A DNA stretch of 64,000 nt from Abditibacterium sp. (GTDB lineage: Bacteria; Armatimonadota; Abditibacteriia; Abditibacteriales; Abditibacteriaceae), in the NCBI GenBank assembly GCA_965199495.1, contig CBDASK010000003.1:2944001-3008000 (forward strand), given 5' to 3'. A program made the position numbers and the translations under genes. Below, piece after piece: positions 10,401 to 19,304 of the stretch (position 1 is the stretch's first letter; each line of letters starts with the position of its first letter). The notes under the pieces are model-generated. The model was given only the letters and a program-made list of their open reading frames with translations. It was not told the origin of the DNA and searched no databases.

Positions 10401-10604
10401 GAGATTAATCAAGATTTCAAAGGATTGTGGAATGTGACCCAAGCCGTGTTGCCGCGCATTCGGCCCAACCTCAAAGCCAATTTTCCCCTGCCGAAATCAA
10501 TCAACACCAGCGAAAGTTACAATACGTGGGAGTTGGTAACTTCGCCCGCCAACGCTATCGCACGCCAAAGTTTCGTGCGGTCATTGGATGAGATTGTGAG
10601 CTGA
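7473..10604 (+). CDS. Large secreted TPR-containing protein
   Basis: SD gaaggga, signal peptide, C-terminal TPR-like repeats, SHCFGCEG motif. Confidence 0.75.
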   Translation: MKITPILLASALVAGVPLLCPVLSNAQNAQKTAAQPMFIGASQLLAKLPAPNKQENESRMYDEPGDVFFGGKIVGFEEGPDKMVPDAQRLASWKADAKSYRKAGGAPTAAAWLQLEARRAAILKPTPKPMAQGEMGTSQGAIIPASDMLVTPGFSSSVNILPAPDQWRALLQGARKSCDNAATAHNAAVYYFAARLNGDEAEQVNALRALTRIWAPVVRADIADKAKNNNDSARRAALQHDDALADLLANSPDVAQQQLGLSWKLQIGGINNNYAYVDLPDLVKNWGAARAKAFLPEVLRSKARVQWYGAGKTVDLAREVWLDNPDLQNQPQWQLVQTSANFNMDFALKSLENFANPKPNDSNFSDGYNYQYAQAAVLQNLVKREQFARADELLSQWNRRGQLKADLGFSPYDDEATLAQQLAQLSWMETTMQHLPMLDWWSSYRDLALRAGQSKRALNFVQTRLENPKIAHRGALQSALASLYLDNGEIEKGGALLAAQVKAGTRANDDFQNRAGNVASLLRLTRVAPHLEWLQIARTGAQSLVATPLDGGNDDDKIRKIADVALQLHEQNQSVFANQLLARALIAASQKPKEEYGSRPDVKPYLYALMTIYRDTNHAKDALYLLENARGWGAAELSPLLTYHGEDQWGEDHTDIDTKARAPLGELVTWALAKNNRRAQAAQVARATLERAAGNDGVYALLVDLEGQKAVPFLQELQARDPYEERPLIWQAELARRAGNLSKAAQLAQSAIAVDPSDGEQPRGDRLRAYSELASVKRAQGDAAKAGELSEAVGAIRLSETADKWRVAGVAPRAIALYRQSLGLFDNAYCVQSRLAVELTSQGDFAQAAQHFERAYQLMPISFGRMESHCFGCEGVFGGTKSEPIARRVFRQLEAAQPNNAKVQYLAGYWRMSAGQNQAATQYYRRAVQLDPLYLSAWKKLAESKSFQTPLQQDAATLAVLRLDPASQHDDYGASFEINQDFKGLWNVTQAVLPRIRPNLKANFPLPKSINTSESYNTWELVTSPANAIARQSFVRSLDEIVS

Positions 10605-10673
10605 GTTGGCGACCAACTGCGCAACTTCTACAAAAATTCAAAGGATTGCGGTTTGCTCTGAAATTTTTCCCGT

Positions 10674-12149
10674 ATGAATATCTCCGAAATTCCCTTGCCC
10701 GCCGCTTACGAAAACCTCGAACCCGCCGCCGTGTGGCAGCAATTCGCCGCGCTCAATTCGATTCCGCGTCCGTCGGGCGCCGAGGCGGCGGCGCGCGCCT
10801 ATGTGCAGCAACTCGCCAAAGCGCGCGGCGCGCGTTGGGACGCCGACACGCGCGGTAACATCGTGGTGCAGTTGCCCGCGTCGGGCGATAACGACGGCGC
10901 GCCCACAGTTGTGTTGCAGTCGCATCTCGATATGGTGTGCCAAAAGCGTCCCGAAACCGATCACGATTTCGCCGTTGACGCGATTTTACCTCGCCGCGAG
11001 GGCGACCGCATTTACGCGACCGGCACCACGCTGGGCGCCGACAACGGTCTGGGCGCCGCCATGATGCTGGCGATTTTAGCCGACGAAGGAGTCAATCATC
11101 CGCCGCTCGAATTGTTGTTCACGGTCGAAGAAGAAACCGGATTATTTGGCGCCGCCGAACTCGACCCCGATTTGGTTAAAGGCCGCTTGATGATCAATCT
11201 CGATTCGGAAGACCCTGACGAAATCATCATCGGTTGCGCGGGCGGCGCGACTACAACCTTGATTTTGCCGGTCGAGCGCGAAGCGTTGGATAATTCGGAC
11301 AACTGGCAAATCGTCGTTGGCGGTCTGGCGGGCGGACATTCGGGCGTCGAAATCGGCAAGCCGCTCGCCAACGCGATCAAAACGTTAATCGAAATCGTCA
11401 ACGCCGGGCGCATCGAAGCGCCCGAATCGCGCCTAATCGCGATTGACGGCGGCACCGCGCATAACGCGATTCCGCGCGATTGCATCGCGCATATCGCCGT
11501 TTTGAGCGCGCATCAAGCGGCGTTTGCCGCCGCCGTGGCTGCACGCACCGACGAACTTAAAACGCAATGGAAAACCGACGAGCCGAATCTGGAAATTACG
11601 CTTCAACCGTCCGATTCGACTTCGTTGCCCTTGAATGCAGCAGCCACGGCGACAGCCCTCGAACTTTTGCGTGCCCTGCCGCACGGCGTTTCAGCGATGA
11701 GCGAGCGGTTCGCGGGCAAAGTTCAGACTTCATCGAATTTGGCCGAAGTCACAACGCGCGAAGACGAAATCGAAATTCACATTTCCAACCGTTCGTTTGT
11801 GGCAAGCGACATCGCGAACTTGCAGCAAAATCAGGCCAATCTGGGCGAAGCGGCGGGCGCCAAAATTACCGCGCGCGACGGTTATCCCGGCTGGGAACCG
11901 CGCTCGGAATCGCCGCTACGCGAGAAAACAATCGCGGCTTATCGGCGCGCGATGGGTAAAGAACCGATTGTCGAAGTGGTTCACGCCGGTTTGGAATGCG
12001 GATTGTTGAGCGAGAAATTTCCCGGCCTTGACGCGGTTTCGTTTGGCCCGCTCATTAAGGGCGCGCACACGCCCGAAGAGTGGGCCTCGATTGAAAGCAC
12101 GCAAGAAATATGGAATTTGCTGACGGGATTGTTGAACGATTTGTCCTGA
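10674..12149 (+). CDS. pepD: Aminoacyl-histidine dipeptidase (M20C)
   Basis: IPRPSG, QSHLDMV, TTLGADNG, EEETGL, NLDSE, GGHSG, HAGLECG, HTPEE motifs. Confidence 0.93.
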   Translation: MNISEIPLPAAYENLEPAAVWQQFAALNSIPRPSGAEAAARAYVQQLAKARGARWDADTRGNIVVQLPASGDNDGAPTVVLQSHLDMVCQKRPETDHDFAVDAILPRREGDRIYATGTTLGADNGLGAAMMLAILADEGVNHPPLELLFTVEEETGLFGAAELDPDLVKGRLMINLDSEDPDEIIIGCAGGATTTLILPVEREALDNSDNWQIVVGGLAGGHSGVEIGKPLANAIKTLIEIVNAGRIEAPESRLIAIDGGTAHNAIPRDCIAHIAVLSAHQAAFAAAVAARTDELKTQWKTDEPNLEITLQPSDSTSLPLNAAATATALELLRALPHGVSAMSERFAGKVQTSSNLAEVTTREDEIEIHISNRSFVASDIANLQQNQANLGEAAGAKITARDGYPGWEPRSESPLREKTIAAYRRAMGKEPIVEVVHAGLECGLLSEKFPGLDAVSFGPLIKGAHTPEEWASIESTQEIWNLLTGLLNDLS

Positions 12150-12169
12150 CAAGAGTTTTACGTCAAAAA

Positions 12170-12205
12170 AAGAAGCGCCCACCGAATTTTCGGTGGGCGC
12201 TTCTT
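12170..12205. terminator. Intrinsic terminator between convergent genes
   Basis: aagaagcgcccaccgaa / ttcggtgggcgcttctt hairpin preceded by an A tract. Confidence 0.85.
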
Positions 12206-12231
12206 GCGTTCGATGGCGAATCGAATCGTTG

Positions 12232-13038
12232 TCAGGGATTGCCAGCTTCACCCTTTAGCACAATAAACGGGCGAACGGTCGCCAGAACGTCATTGGGCAT
12301 TTTGGGCACGTCACGACCATCTTTTCCGAATTCGTCGTTTTCATTGTAGGTCGGCGAAACTGGGCGCGAACCGCCATCTAAGCCGTTCAACAGTGCGGTG
12401 ACGACAGCCGTGTGACGCGCCTCGGTGCCCTGAATCGCAGCGGCGGTTTGCAGGTATGTTGTTGTTTTGAAGGAGGGAATAGCGCCCAAATAGGCTTGCA
12501 CGCCCAACGCTTCGGCTTTGCGCACTTGCTCTACAACACTGGCGACCGTCGGATATTTGCTGACGTCGTCCAATCCGAAATCGAATTTGGTGCCGTTGAG
12601 CGGTTTGCCCGTTGCCAAAATCGAATTTGCTCCCAACGCACCGTTGAGAAAATCGCGATGGGCATTTTCGACTTTGCCGAAGTCCACCAGATACGAAACG
12701 GCGGGCGACGAGTTCGGCTGGTTCAATCCGACGATGGTTTTGCCCAGCGCATTGGTGCCGCCGGTCGTCAGGCGCTGCAACGCTTGCGCGTAAAGATCGG
12801 CTTCGAGGGCTTCGAGCGACAGCGCATAGTTGAGAACTTGTGTGTCGTTGGCGGCGGTGCCAAAAGTGGCCTCGGTAAACGTGATGGGAGTTTTGTTCTG
12901 GGCGCGCGCCGCTTTGGGCGTGGCAAAAAGGGCGGCACCTCCCAAAAGGGCCGCGCCCGTCAAAATCGCGGCGTTGGAAGGGGAAGCAACGGGCGCCCCG
13001 TTGGGCGTGGCTGCTGAAGTTTGAATGATTTCGCTCAT
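12232..13038 (-). CDS. Ferritin-like domain protein (Ferritin_2 type), exported
   Basis: LNYALSLEALEADLY, ExxH, ExxGVxAYLGA, EARH diiron-type motifs; signal peptide ending AARA. Confidence 0.85.
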   Translation of the reverse strand: MSEIIQTSAATPNGAPVASPSNAAILTGAALLGGAALFATPKAARAQNKTPITFTEATFGTAANDTQVLNYALSLEALEADLYAQALQRLTTGGTNALGKTIVGLNQPNSSPAVSYLVDFGKVENAHRDFLNGALGANSILATGKPLNGTKFDFGLDDVSKYPTVASVVEQVRKAEALGVQAYLGAIPSFKTTTYLQTAAAIQGTEARHTAVVTALLNGLDGGSRPVSPTYNENDEFGKDGRDVPKMPNDVLATVRPFIVLKGEAGNP

Positions 13039-13084
13039 AGGTTTCCTTGGATGGGTAAATGAATCCGTTGTTGGGATGGGCCGT

Positions 13085-13966
13085 TTACTGCACGATCAGC
13101 GGTTGAATGTTCTGCACAACGGTCGTCGGCGGGATGAAATACTCGAAGACGTTCTGCTTGTCCGACTCATTGTTGGGGCCGCTATAAGGCAAAGGGCCGC
13201 CGTTGAGTTGCACTTTCTCGCGCGCGCCCACACCCGTGGCTGGGCTTTGCGACGGGCCGGTGTCTTTGCCCAAAATATAGGCGATGGCCGCCGAGTGACG
13301 CGCCTCGGTCGAGTAAATCGAGACCGCCGTTTGCACGTAACCCAAATCGGTCAGATAGGGGGCCGCGCCCAGATAGGCGCTGACGCCCTCTTCTTCGAGC
13401 GGATAAATTGAGGTCAGCAAATCTTTGAGCGTTGGATTGGCCGGAGGCGCGAGCGGGCCAAAGGTATAGCCTTTGGGGTTGCGCGTCACCACCGGCGCGT
13501 TCAGGCTTTGCAGCGTCATCTGCAAAAAGTCGCGGTGCGCCGCTTCGACAAACGTGAAATCGCGCAAGTAAGCAAAAGCTGCCGCCGAATTCACGCCGCC
13601 TGCACCAACCGTCGGCGCGGAATAGGCGCCGGGCGTGGATTTGAGCGGCGTGGCTGCTGGTAAGCCAACGGCAATATTGAGCGCTTGACGATAAAGATCG
13701 GCTTCCAGAATTTCGAGCGTTAGCGCGAAGTTCAAAACCTGTTCGTTGGTGTTGCGACCCGGCAATTTCACCGGGAAACTGCCGGTGCTGGTGCCGCCGC
13801 CAGTGTTGCCGCCGTTACCATTACCGCCTAAGAGGCCACCGCTGTTGCCGCCGCCGCAACCGTCGAGCAGCGCGATGGCTGCAACACCCAATCCGGCGGC
13901 GCCCATGCGCTGCAAAAAGGCGCGGCGATTGACCGGATTGTTTTTGATTTGATCAAAGCTATTCAT
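13085..13966 (-). CDS. Ferritin-like domain protein with Tat/lipoprotein signal
   Basis: NRRAFL twin-arginine motif, LDGC lipobox, LNFALTLEILE, EAAH, EARH. Confidence 0.87.
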   Translation of the reverse strand: MNSFDQIKNNPVNRRAFLQRMGAAGLGVAAIALLDGCGGGNSGGLLGGNGNGGNTGGGTSTGSFPVKLPGRNTNEQVLNFALTLEILEADLYRQALNIAVGLPAATPLKSTPGAYSAPTVGAGGVNSAAAFAYLRDFTFVEAAHRDFLQMTLQSLNAPVVTRNPKGYTFGPLAPPANPTLKDLLTSIYPLEEEGVSAYLGAAPYLTDLGYVQTAVSIYSTEARHSAAIAYILGKDTGPSQSPATGVGAREKVQLNGGPLPYSGPNNESDKQNVFEYFIPPTTVVQNIQPLIVQ

Positions 13967-14286
13967 GAGTTATTTTTCTCAATCGGAAAATGCGTGACGT
14001 TTTTCGTCACCTGAATCGGTGGCCCACAAAAGAAATTAATGCGCAACCACAAGCGAGGACGCGATGATGCGATCATCGAAACGAACAAAGGGCGAAAAAT
14101 TTGCCGATTCGCCACTTTGCTCCTTTTAGGTTGAATTAAAACAAAAATTCGGGCAATTCGCACCGTGAAAAAACTTGACACTAATTAGTGAAATTAATCC
14201 TAAAAATTTTTGAAATAGGAGTTGAAATACTTGTGCCAAGTGTTACTTTTGAGCGTAATCGTAATTATATAAATTGGGTGCCAAAA

Positions 14287-14318
14287 AAAACACCAGCGGG
14301 TTTATGCGCTGGTGTTTT
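14287..14318 (-). terminator. Intrinsic terminator
   Basis: aaaacaccagcg...cgctggtgtttt hairpin with long A tract, downstream of 14362-15078. Confidence 0.75.
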
Positions 14319-14361
14319 ATCGGGTGTGCTCACACTTCTTTGCGTCAAGCTGGGGAAGCAT

Positions 14362-15078
14362 CTATTCGCGTTTTTTCTGCGTGCGCGTGTGCCGTTCAAT
14401 TTCGATGGCCAGCAGCATCGGTTCGACATCAATGTAGTTGGCGACGCGGTCAATAACGCGAGACATCGCGCGGCGCCCGGCGTGGCTTTCGGCGGCGCCC
14501 TCGAAGAGCATTTCCTGCGCGTCGCTCAAACTTTCGGCGATTTGCAAAATCAAACCGGCGCGCACCTGGGGCAAAACGCGGTCGGTAACCTGCGAGATTT
14601 GCTGGCGAATTTCGCTGACGATCTGGTTCATCACGTCCTCGACATGATGCTCGCTTACCTTGCGCTCGGCCATCGCGATAACGGCGGTCTGCGCTTTTTC
14701 GCGGCTCTCCTTGATCTTGTTCCAATCTTCGATGGTTTTGCCTTCGATGGCCTCGAAATGGATCGGGCGGCCCGCCGCGCCGCGCAAAATATTTTCGATG
14801 GTATTTTTGGCGATGCCGCCCGACAGCGCGGGCGCCATCGAAATGTGGCGCGCTTCCATGCCGACGATGAAATTATCGCCGTCCATGACGATGGGCGTGG
14901 CTTCGGCCATCGCATCGGCGACGGGCAGGGAAAACGGCATTTTGATAAAAACGCGTTTGCGCACCTCGCGCCAGACCCAGTTGAGATCGACCGCGTCGGG
15001 CGCGGGCGAGGCCGCCGTTGGCAAATCGCTGCTATTTTCAGCTTGTAAAGAAGGGGATGAACTGGAAACTTCGGCCAT
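14362..15078 (-). CDS. Hypothetical protein
   Basis: 238 aa ORF, SD agga, protein-like composition; no family recognised. Confidence 0.75.
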   Translation of the reverse strand: MAEVSSSSPSLQAENSSDLPTAASPAPDAVDLNWVWREVRKRVFIKMPFSLPVADAMAEATPIVMDGDNFIVGMEARHISMAPALSGGIAKNTIENILRGAAGRPIHFEAIEGKTIEDWNKIKESREKAQTAVIAMAERKVSEHHVEDVMNQIVSEIRQQISQVTDRVLPQVRAGLILQIAESLSDAQEMLFEGAAESHAGRRAMSRVIDRVANYIDVEPMLLAIEIERHTRTQKKRE

Positions 15079-15238
15079 AAATCGATCCTATAATCTCAAA
15101 TTTCGCGACGTATGCCCGCAATTGTGTGAAGCTGTGTGAAATGATCGGGCAAATTAAAAACGAAGCGATTGCCTTTTATTATAACCGCTCAGAGGCAATT
15201 TTTCCATAGAAATAATCCGAAGAATTCTGACGCGACAT

Positions 15239-16063
15239 TTAAGTCGTGAGATTTTGAAGGCGCCGCGCCGCGCGCAACTCTTCCAAAAACCCCAGAGACT
15301 TGAAGCGCGGCGCGATATGCGCCAGCGTCGAGCGCCGCACGCATTGGCCCAATTCGGCGCTTTCAACCACGTTCAACTCAAACGGCGCGGCGCCCAACGA
15401 CGAAGGCGCGCGATTGCTGCGCTCCAAACGATGGAGCGCGCGCAAGCTCGCCGCGCTCGCCCGCAATGCGCCGCCGTCGCGATGAGCGCATTCGTCGCAT
15501 AACGTGCCGCCGAGATTGGGGCCGAACCAAACGCGCGCGTCCTCAACTGGCGGCGCGCTGATTTTGCGCGCGCATTCGACGCAAAACCCGACGGTCGGCG
15601 CGAAGCCCTGATGCGCCAGCCACTGCGTCTCGAACCAGACGCCCGCTGCCTCGCGCGCGCGGTCGTCGGGCGCGTTTTCGAGCGCATTCAACGCGACTTC
15701 GACGATCTCAAATCCGCGCGGGTCGGGCAAACCTTCGGGCAAAGTATTGGCGACTTCGAGGACGAAATAGGCCCACGCCGTCGCGAAAATGCTATGGCTG
15801 AGTCCCGCGTGCGAAGTTTCGATTTGCGCCTGCGAGATAATGTGCAAACTGCGCCCGGTCACCAACAAAAATCGCGCGACCACAAACGGCTGCGCCAGCG
15901 CCGCTAATTTCGATTTCGGCCCGCGCGCACCCTTAGCCACGGCGTCAATGCGCCCGCGTTCGGGCGAAAATAATACGCAAATCCGGTCTTTTTCGCCCAA
16001 GGGCCGCGTCCGCAAAACCAACGCGCGCGCGGCGTAGGGAACGGATGCGGCAGAGCGGGGCAT
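15239..16063 (-). CDS. recO: DNA repair protein RecO
   Basis: ALVLRTRPLGEKDRI, GRIDAVAKGAR, C4 zinc finger CVEC...CDEC. Confidence 0.93.
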   Translation of the reverse strand: MPRSAASVPYAARALVLRTRPLGEKDRICVLFSPERGRIDAVAKGARGPKSKLAALAQPFVVARFLLVTGRSLHIISQAQIETSHAGLSHSIFATAWAYFVLEVANTLPEGLPDPRGFEIVEVALNALENAPDDRAREAAGVWFETQWLAHQGFAPTVGFCVECARKISAPPVEDARVWFGPNLGGTLCDECAHRDGGALRASAASLRALHRLERSNRAPSSLGAAPFELNVVESAELGQCVRRSTLAHIAPRFKSLGFLEELRAARRLQNLTT

Positions 16064-16086
16064 GGGGGCAAGGATTAAAGTGGAAA

Positions 16087-16296
16087 CACGGATTTGAAGT
16101 AGAAGCGGCTATAACTCACACCCCCTCTGCCTTCGGCATCTCCCCCTCCGAGAGGGGAAGAATGCCTCGGACGTTTCGGAGCTTTCTTGTTCATTTCACG
16201 CCATTGAAGTAACTGAGGCATTCTTCCCCTCTCGGAGGGGGAGATGCCGAAGGCAAAGGGGGTGTGAGTTATAGCCGCTTCTACTTCAAATCCGTG
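16087..16296. mobile_element. REPIN/MITE-like inverted-repeat element, family B (82-bp arms, 46-nt spacer)
   Basis: Arms 16087-16168 and 16215-16296, one mismatch; core tcacaccccctctg...tccccctccgagagggga shared with three other loci. Confidence 0.88.
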
Positions 16297-16306
16297 CCGC
16301 TGAATG

Positions 16307-17113
16307 TCACTTCCTCGTCGCATCCTTCAGCGCACGCGCCAAATTCGCTGCGACCGCGATGCGCTCGCTCGCCGAACCATTCGCTTTCTCAAATTTATCA
16401 ATTAATGCCGAAGCCACGACGATGCCGTCGACGTGGCTGCTCGCGATGGTATCGCGAATTTGCCCCGCCTCGCCAAAGCCGAAACCCGCGCAAATCGGCG
16501 TGTCGGTTTCTGTTTTGAGATGCGCGACCAATTCGCCGATTTCGGGCGGCACATCGGTTCGCGCGCCCGTCACGCCCATGCGCGCGACGGCGTAAATAAA
16601 ACCGCTCGCGCTTTTCGCAACCGATTGCAGACGCGCTTTGTCCGATGTCGGCGCGACCAAAAATATCGTGTCAATTTCATTGTCGCGCGCGGCCTGAATC
16701 CATTCTATACCGGCTTCGGGCGGCAAATCGGAGATAATCACGCCATCGGCGCCCGCTTGCGCGCACTGCCGGGCGAACTTTTGGAAGCCGATGCGATAAA
16801 CCGGATTGATATAAGTCATCGGCACAATCGGGGCTTGCGTCTGCGCGCGCAAATCGCGAATCAGTTCAAACGCGCGCTCCATCGTGTTGCCGCCCGCCAG
16901 AGCGCGCTCGCTGGCGCGCTGAATCGTCGGGCCGTCGGCGAGCGGATCGGTAAAGGGAATGCCGATTTCGAGAATATCGGCGCCCGCATCGAGGTAAGCC
17001 AGCGCGAGTTCGCGTGTGGTCGGCAAGTCGGGATCGCCGCAGGTGACAAACGGAATAAAAGCGCGTTCATCGCGCGCGCGCAAAGCGGCAAAAGTATCGG
17101 CTAAACGGGACAT
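16307..17113 (-). CDS. trpA: Tryptophan synthase alpha subunit
   Basis: GDPD, EIGIPFTDPLADGPTIQ, MTYINP, DLPPE, GVTG, GFG motifs. Confidence 0.96.
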   Translation of the reverse strand: MSRLADTFAALRARDERAFIPFVTCGDPDLPTTRELALAYLDAGADILEIGIPFTDPLADGPTIQRASERALAGGNTMERAFELIRDLRAQTQAPIVPMTYINPVYRIGFQKFARQCAQAGADGVIISDLPPEAGIEWIQAARDNEIDTIFLVAPTSDKARLQSVAKSASGFIYAVARMGVTGARTDVPPEIGELVAHLKTETDTPICAGFGFGEAGQIRDTIASSHVDGIVVASALIDKFEKANGSASERIAVAANLARALKDATRK

Positions 17114-17124
17114 GGCTTGAGATA

Positions 17125-17272
17125 AGCCACAAAGGGCACAGAGAACACAACAAGGACACAAAGAAATACAAGAAACTATTTTGTAAAAGAAAAATTAAAA
17201 ACCTTTCTTTTATTTGTTAATTTCTTCTTGTTTCTTTGTGTCCTTGGTATGTTCTCTGTGCCCTTTGTGGCT
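17125..17272. repeat. Inverted-repeat element, family C
   Basis: agccacaaagggcacagagaacac... mirrored by ...atgttctctgtgccctttgtggct with AT-rich spacer. Confidence 0.88.
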
Positions 17273-17281
17273 CAAAGAAAT

Positions 17282-17515
17282 CTACAAAATTCCTTTGCGT
17301 TTGGCTTTGGCGAGCGTGGCGGAAACGCCATTTTTCGCCATCGCTTTGAGCGCTTTGGTCGAAATTTTCATCTTGATAAAGCGACCTTCTTCGGGAACCC
17401 AGATGCGTTTGGTTTGCAGATTGGGGAACTGGCGCCGTTTGGTGTGGCGCATCGAGTGCGAGACGGCATTGCCCGTCATCGGCTTTTTTCCGGTAATTTC
17501 ACAGCGTCGTGCCAT
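17282..17515 (-). CDS. rpmB: 50S ribosomal protein L28
   Basis: MARRCEITGKKPMTGNAVSHS...TKRRQFPNLQ. Confidence 0.97.
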   Translation of the reverse strand: MARRCEITGKKPMTGNAVSHSMRHTKRRQFPNLQTKRIWVPEEGRFIKMKISTKALKAMAKNGVSATLAKAKRKGIL

Positions 17516-17601
17516 TGTTGTTTTCTACTCCTGATTTATGCCTGTTTTAAAGCGACATCGGAGTTTAACTGCTGGCTGGTTTTGGTGCAATTCGCGTTTT
17601 C

Positions 17602-17695
17602 GTAGAGACGCCGATTTATCGCGTCCGAAACGTTGAAGTTACCGAAAACTTTGGGAATGCAATAGGTTTTAGACGCGATAAATCGGCGTCTCTAC
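17602..17695. repeat. GTAG-type REP doublet (REPIN), family A subtype 1
   Basis: gtagagacgccgatttatcgcgtc ... agacgcgataaatcggcgtctctac. Confidence 0.92.
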
Positions 17696-17708
17696 GAAAA
17701 CGTGAAAT

Positions 17709-19304
17709 TTATTCCAATTTGCGCAAACGCCCGTTAATCCGTTCGACTTCGCGCGTTTTAATTTCCAGCAGCGCCGTCGGCAAATGCGCGGCGATGTCGC
17801 CCGCGACCAGACCGTTGCCGCGCGTGCGCGCCGCGATTTCGCCCGCTAAGCCGTGAACGTAAACGCCCAATTTCGTCGCGTTGTCGGCGTCTTTGAGTTG
17901 CGCCAACAAACCGGCGATTGTCCCGGTCAAAACGTCGCCCGCGCCTCCGGTCGCCATGCCGGGATGTCCGCTGAGATTTACCCAAATTTCGCCCGACGAA
18001 TCGCAAACCAAAGTGCGCGCGCCTTTCAATACCACAATCGCGCCGTATTTTTCGGCGCACGCGGCGACGGTTTCAAATCTCGCGTCGTTGACCGATTTCG
18101 CGTCCATCTCCATCAAAACGCCCATTTCGCCCGGATGCGGCGTCAAAATCGTCGGTGACTTGCGCGCTTTTACGTCATCAACAATCGCGGGCAAAGCGTG
18201 CAGCGCGTCGGCGTCAATCACGAGTGGAATCGGACATTCGCGCACGACGCGGCGCGCGAACTCGAACGCTTCATCGGTGCGCCCCAAACCGGGGCCAAGC
18301 GCCACGACTTGCATCTTGTCCCACAAAGCAGCCACGTCGTCGGCGGCGTGGCTGGTAAGATGGCCGCTCTCGTCGTTAGGCAACGGATGCGAAACCGCTT
18401 CCAACACCGACGCCGCGAAAATCGGCAAAACGTCTTTGGGAAGCGCGGCGGAAAGCAATCCGGCGCCAGTCGCTAAAGCCGCTTTCGAGGCCAGACAAAT
18501 CGAGCCGCTCATGCCGAAACTGCCGCCGATAATTAAAGCGCGACCAGCGTCGCCTTTGTGCGCGTCGAGTTGGCGATGCGGCAGCAAAGTTTTGGCGGTT
18601 TGAAGATCGAGAGTTTGAACGCCGGTTTCGGTTTCCCAAAGCTGTTCCTCAAAAGTGCCAATATCTCCAACCCAAACTTCGCTGCTATTGTCTAAACCTT
18701 CGCGCGCCAGCAATCCGCGTTTGGGCGCGGCGAAAGTAATCGTATAATCGGGTTGAGCGCCATGCTTTGATGTTTCTCCGCTATCTGCGTTGACGCCACT
18801 TGGAATATCAACAGCGACTTTTTCGCACCATTCTGCGCTGAAATAATTCAGCGCGCGCAAATAATTTGCGTCGGTGAGTTCGCCTTTGAATCCAGTGCCT
18901 AAAAGCGCGTCTATAATAATATCTGGATCATCAATGCGTAGTTCGTTATCAGCTTTGATTTCTTCAAGACGCAAGTTAATCGTGGGCAAATCTTCCGCGA
19001 ATTTAAAGGCGCCAAGCTGAATCGCTGCATCGCCCTTCAACGCTTCTTTCTCGCAAGCCAGACAAACGATGACAAACGCGCCATAAGTTTCGAGATGTCG
19101 CGCAATCGCCAATCCGTCGCCGCCGTTGTTGCCTTTGCCGCACAAGATCACGATTTTCTTGCCCGCGAGCGGCGAAAACTTCGCTTCCAAAAATTCGACG
19201 ACGCGCAAGGCGGCGTTTTCCATTAAGACAATCGAGGGAATGCCATAATCTTCGATGGCAGCGCGGTCGAAGTCGCGCATTTGTTGGGCGGTGAAAACTT
19301 TCAT
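17709..19304 (-). CDS. nnr: Bifunctional NAD(P)HX epimerase/dehydratase
   Basis: LMENAA, GKGNNGGDG, DALLGTG, DIPSG, HKGDAG, DADAL, TPHPGE, GMATGGAGDVL. Confidence 0.95.
   Translation of the reverse strand: MKVFTAQQMRDFDRAAIEDYGIPSIVLMENAALRVVEFLEAKFSPLAGKKIVILCGKGNNGGDGLAIARHLETYGAFVIVCLACEKEALKGDAAIQLGAFKFAEDLPTINLRLEEIKADNELRIDDPDIIIDALLGTGFKGELTDANYLRALNYFSAEWCEKVAVDIPSGVNADSGETSKHGAQPDYTITFAAPKRGLLAREGLDNSSEVWVGDIGTFEEQLWETETGVQTLDLQTAKTLLPHRQLDAHKGDAGRALIIGGSFGMSGSICLASKAALATGAGLLSAALPKDVLPIFAASVLEAVSHPLPNDESGHLTSHAADDVAALWDKMQVVALGPGLGRTDEAFEFARRVVRECPIPLVIDADALHALPAIVDDVKARKSPTILTPHPGEMGVLMEMDAKSVNDARFETVAACAEKYGAIVVLKGARTLVCDSSGEIWVNLSGHPGMATGGAGDVLTGTIAGLLAQLKDADNATKLGVYVHGLAGEIAARTRGNGLVAGDIAAHLPTALLEIKTREVERINGRLRKLE

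Noticed and set aside
16075..16518. Small ORFs 16075-16323 and 16264-16518 (likewise 6053-6277, 20348-20599, 38787-38969, 38921-39253, 46454-46687)
   Set aside because: They are translations of inverted-repeat elements; the same peptide appears on both strands or at several loci
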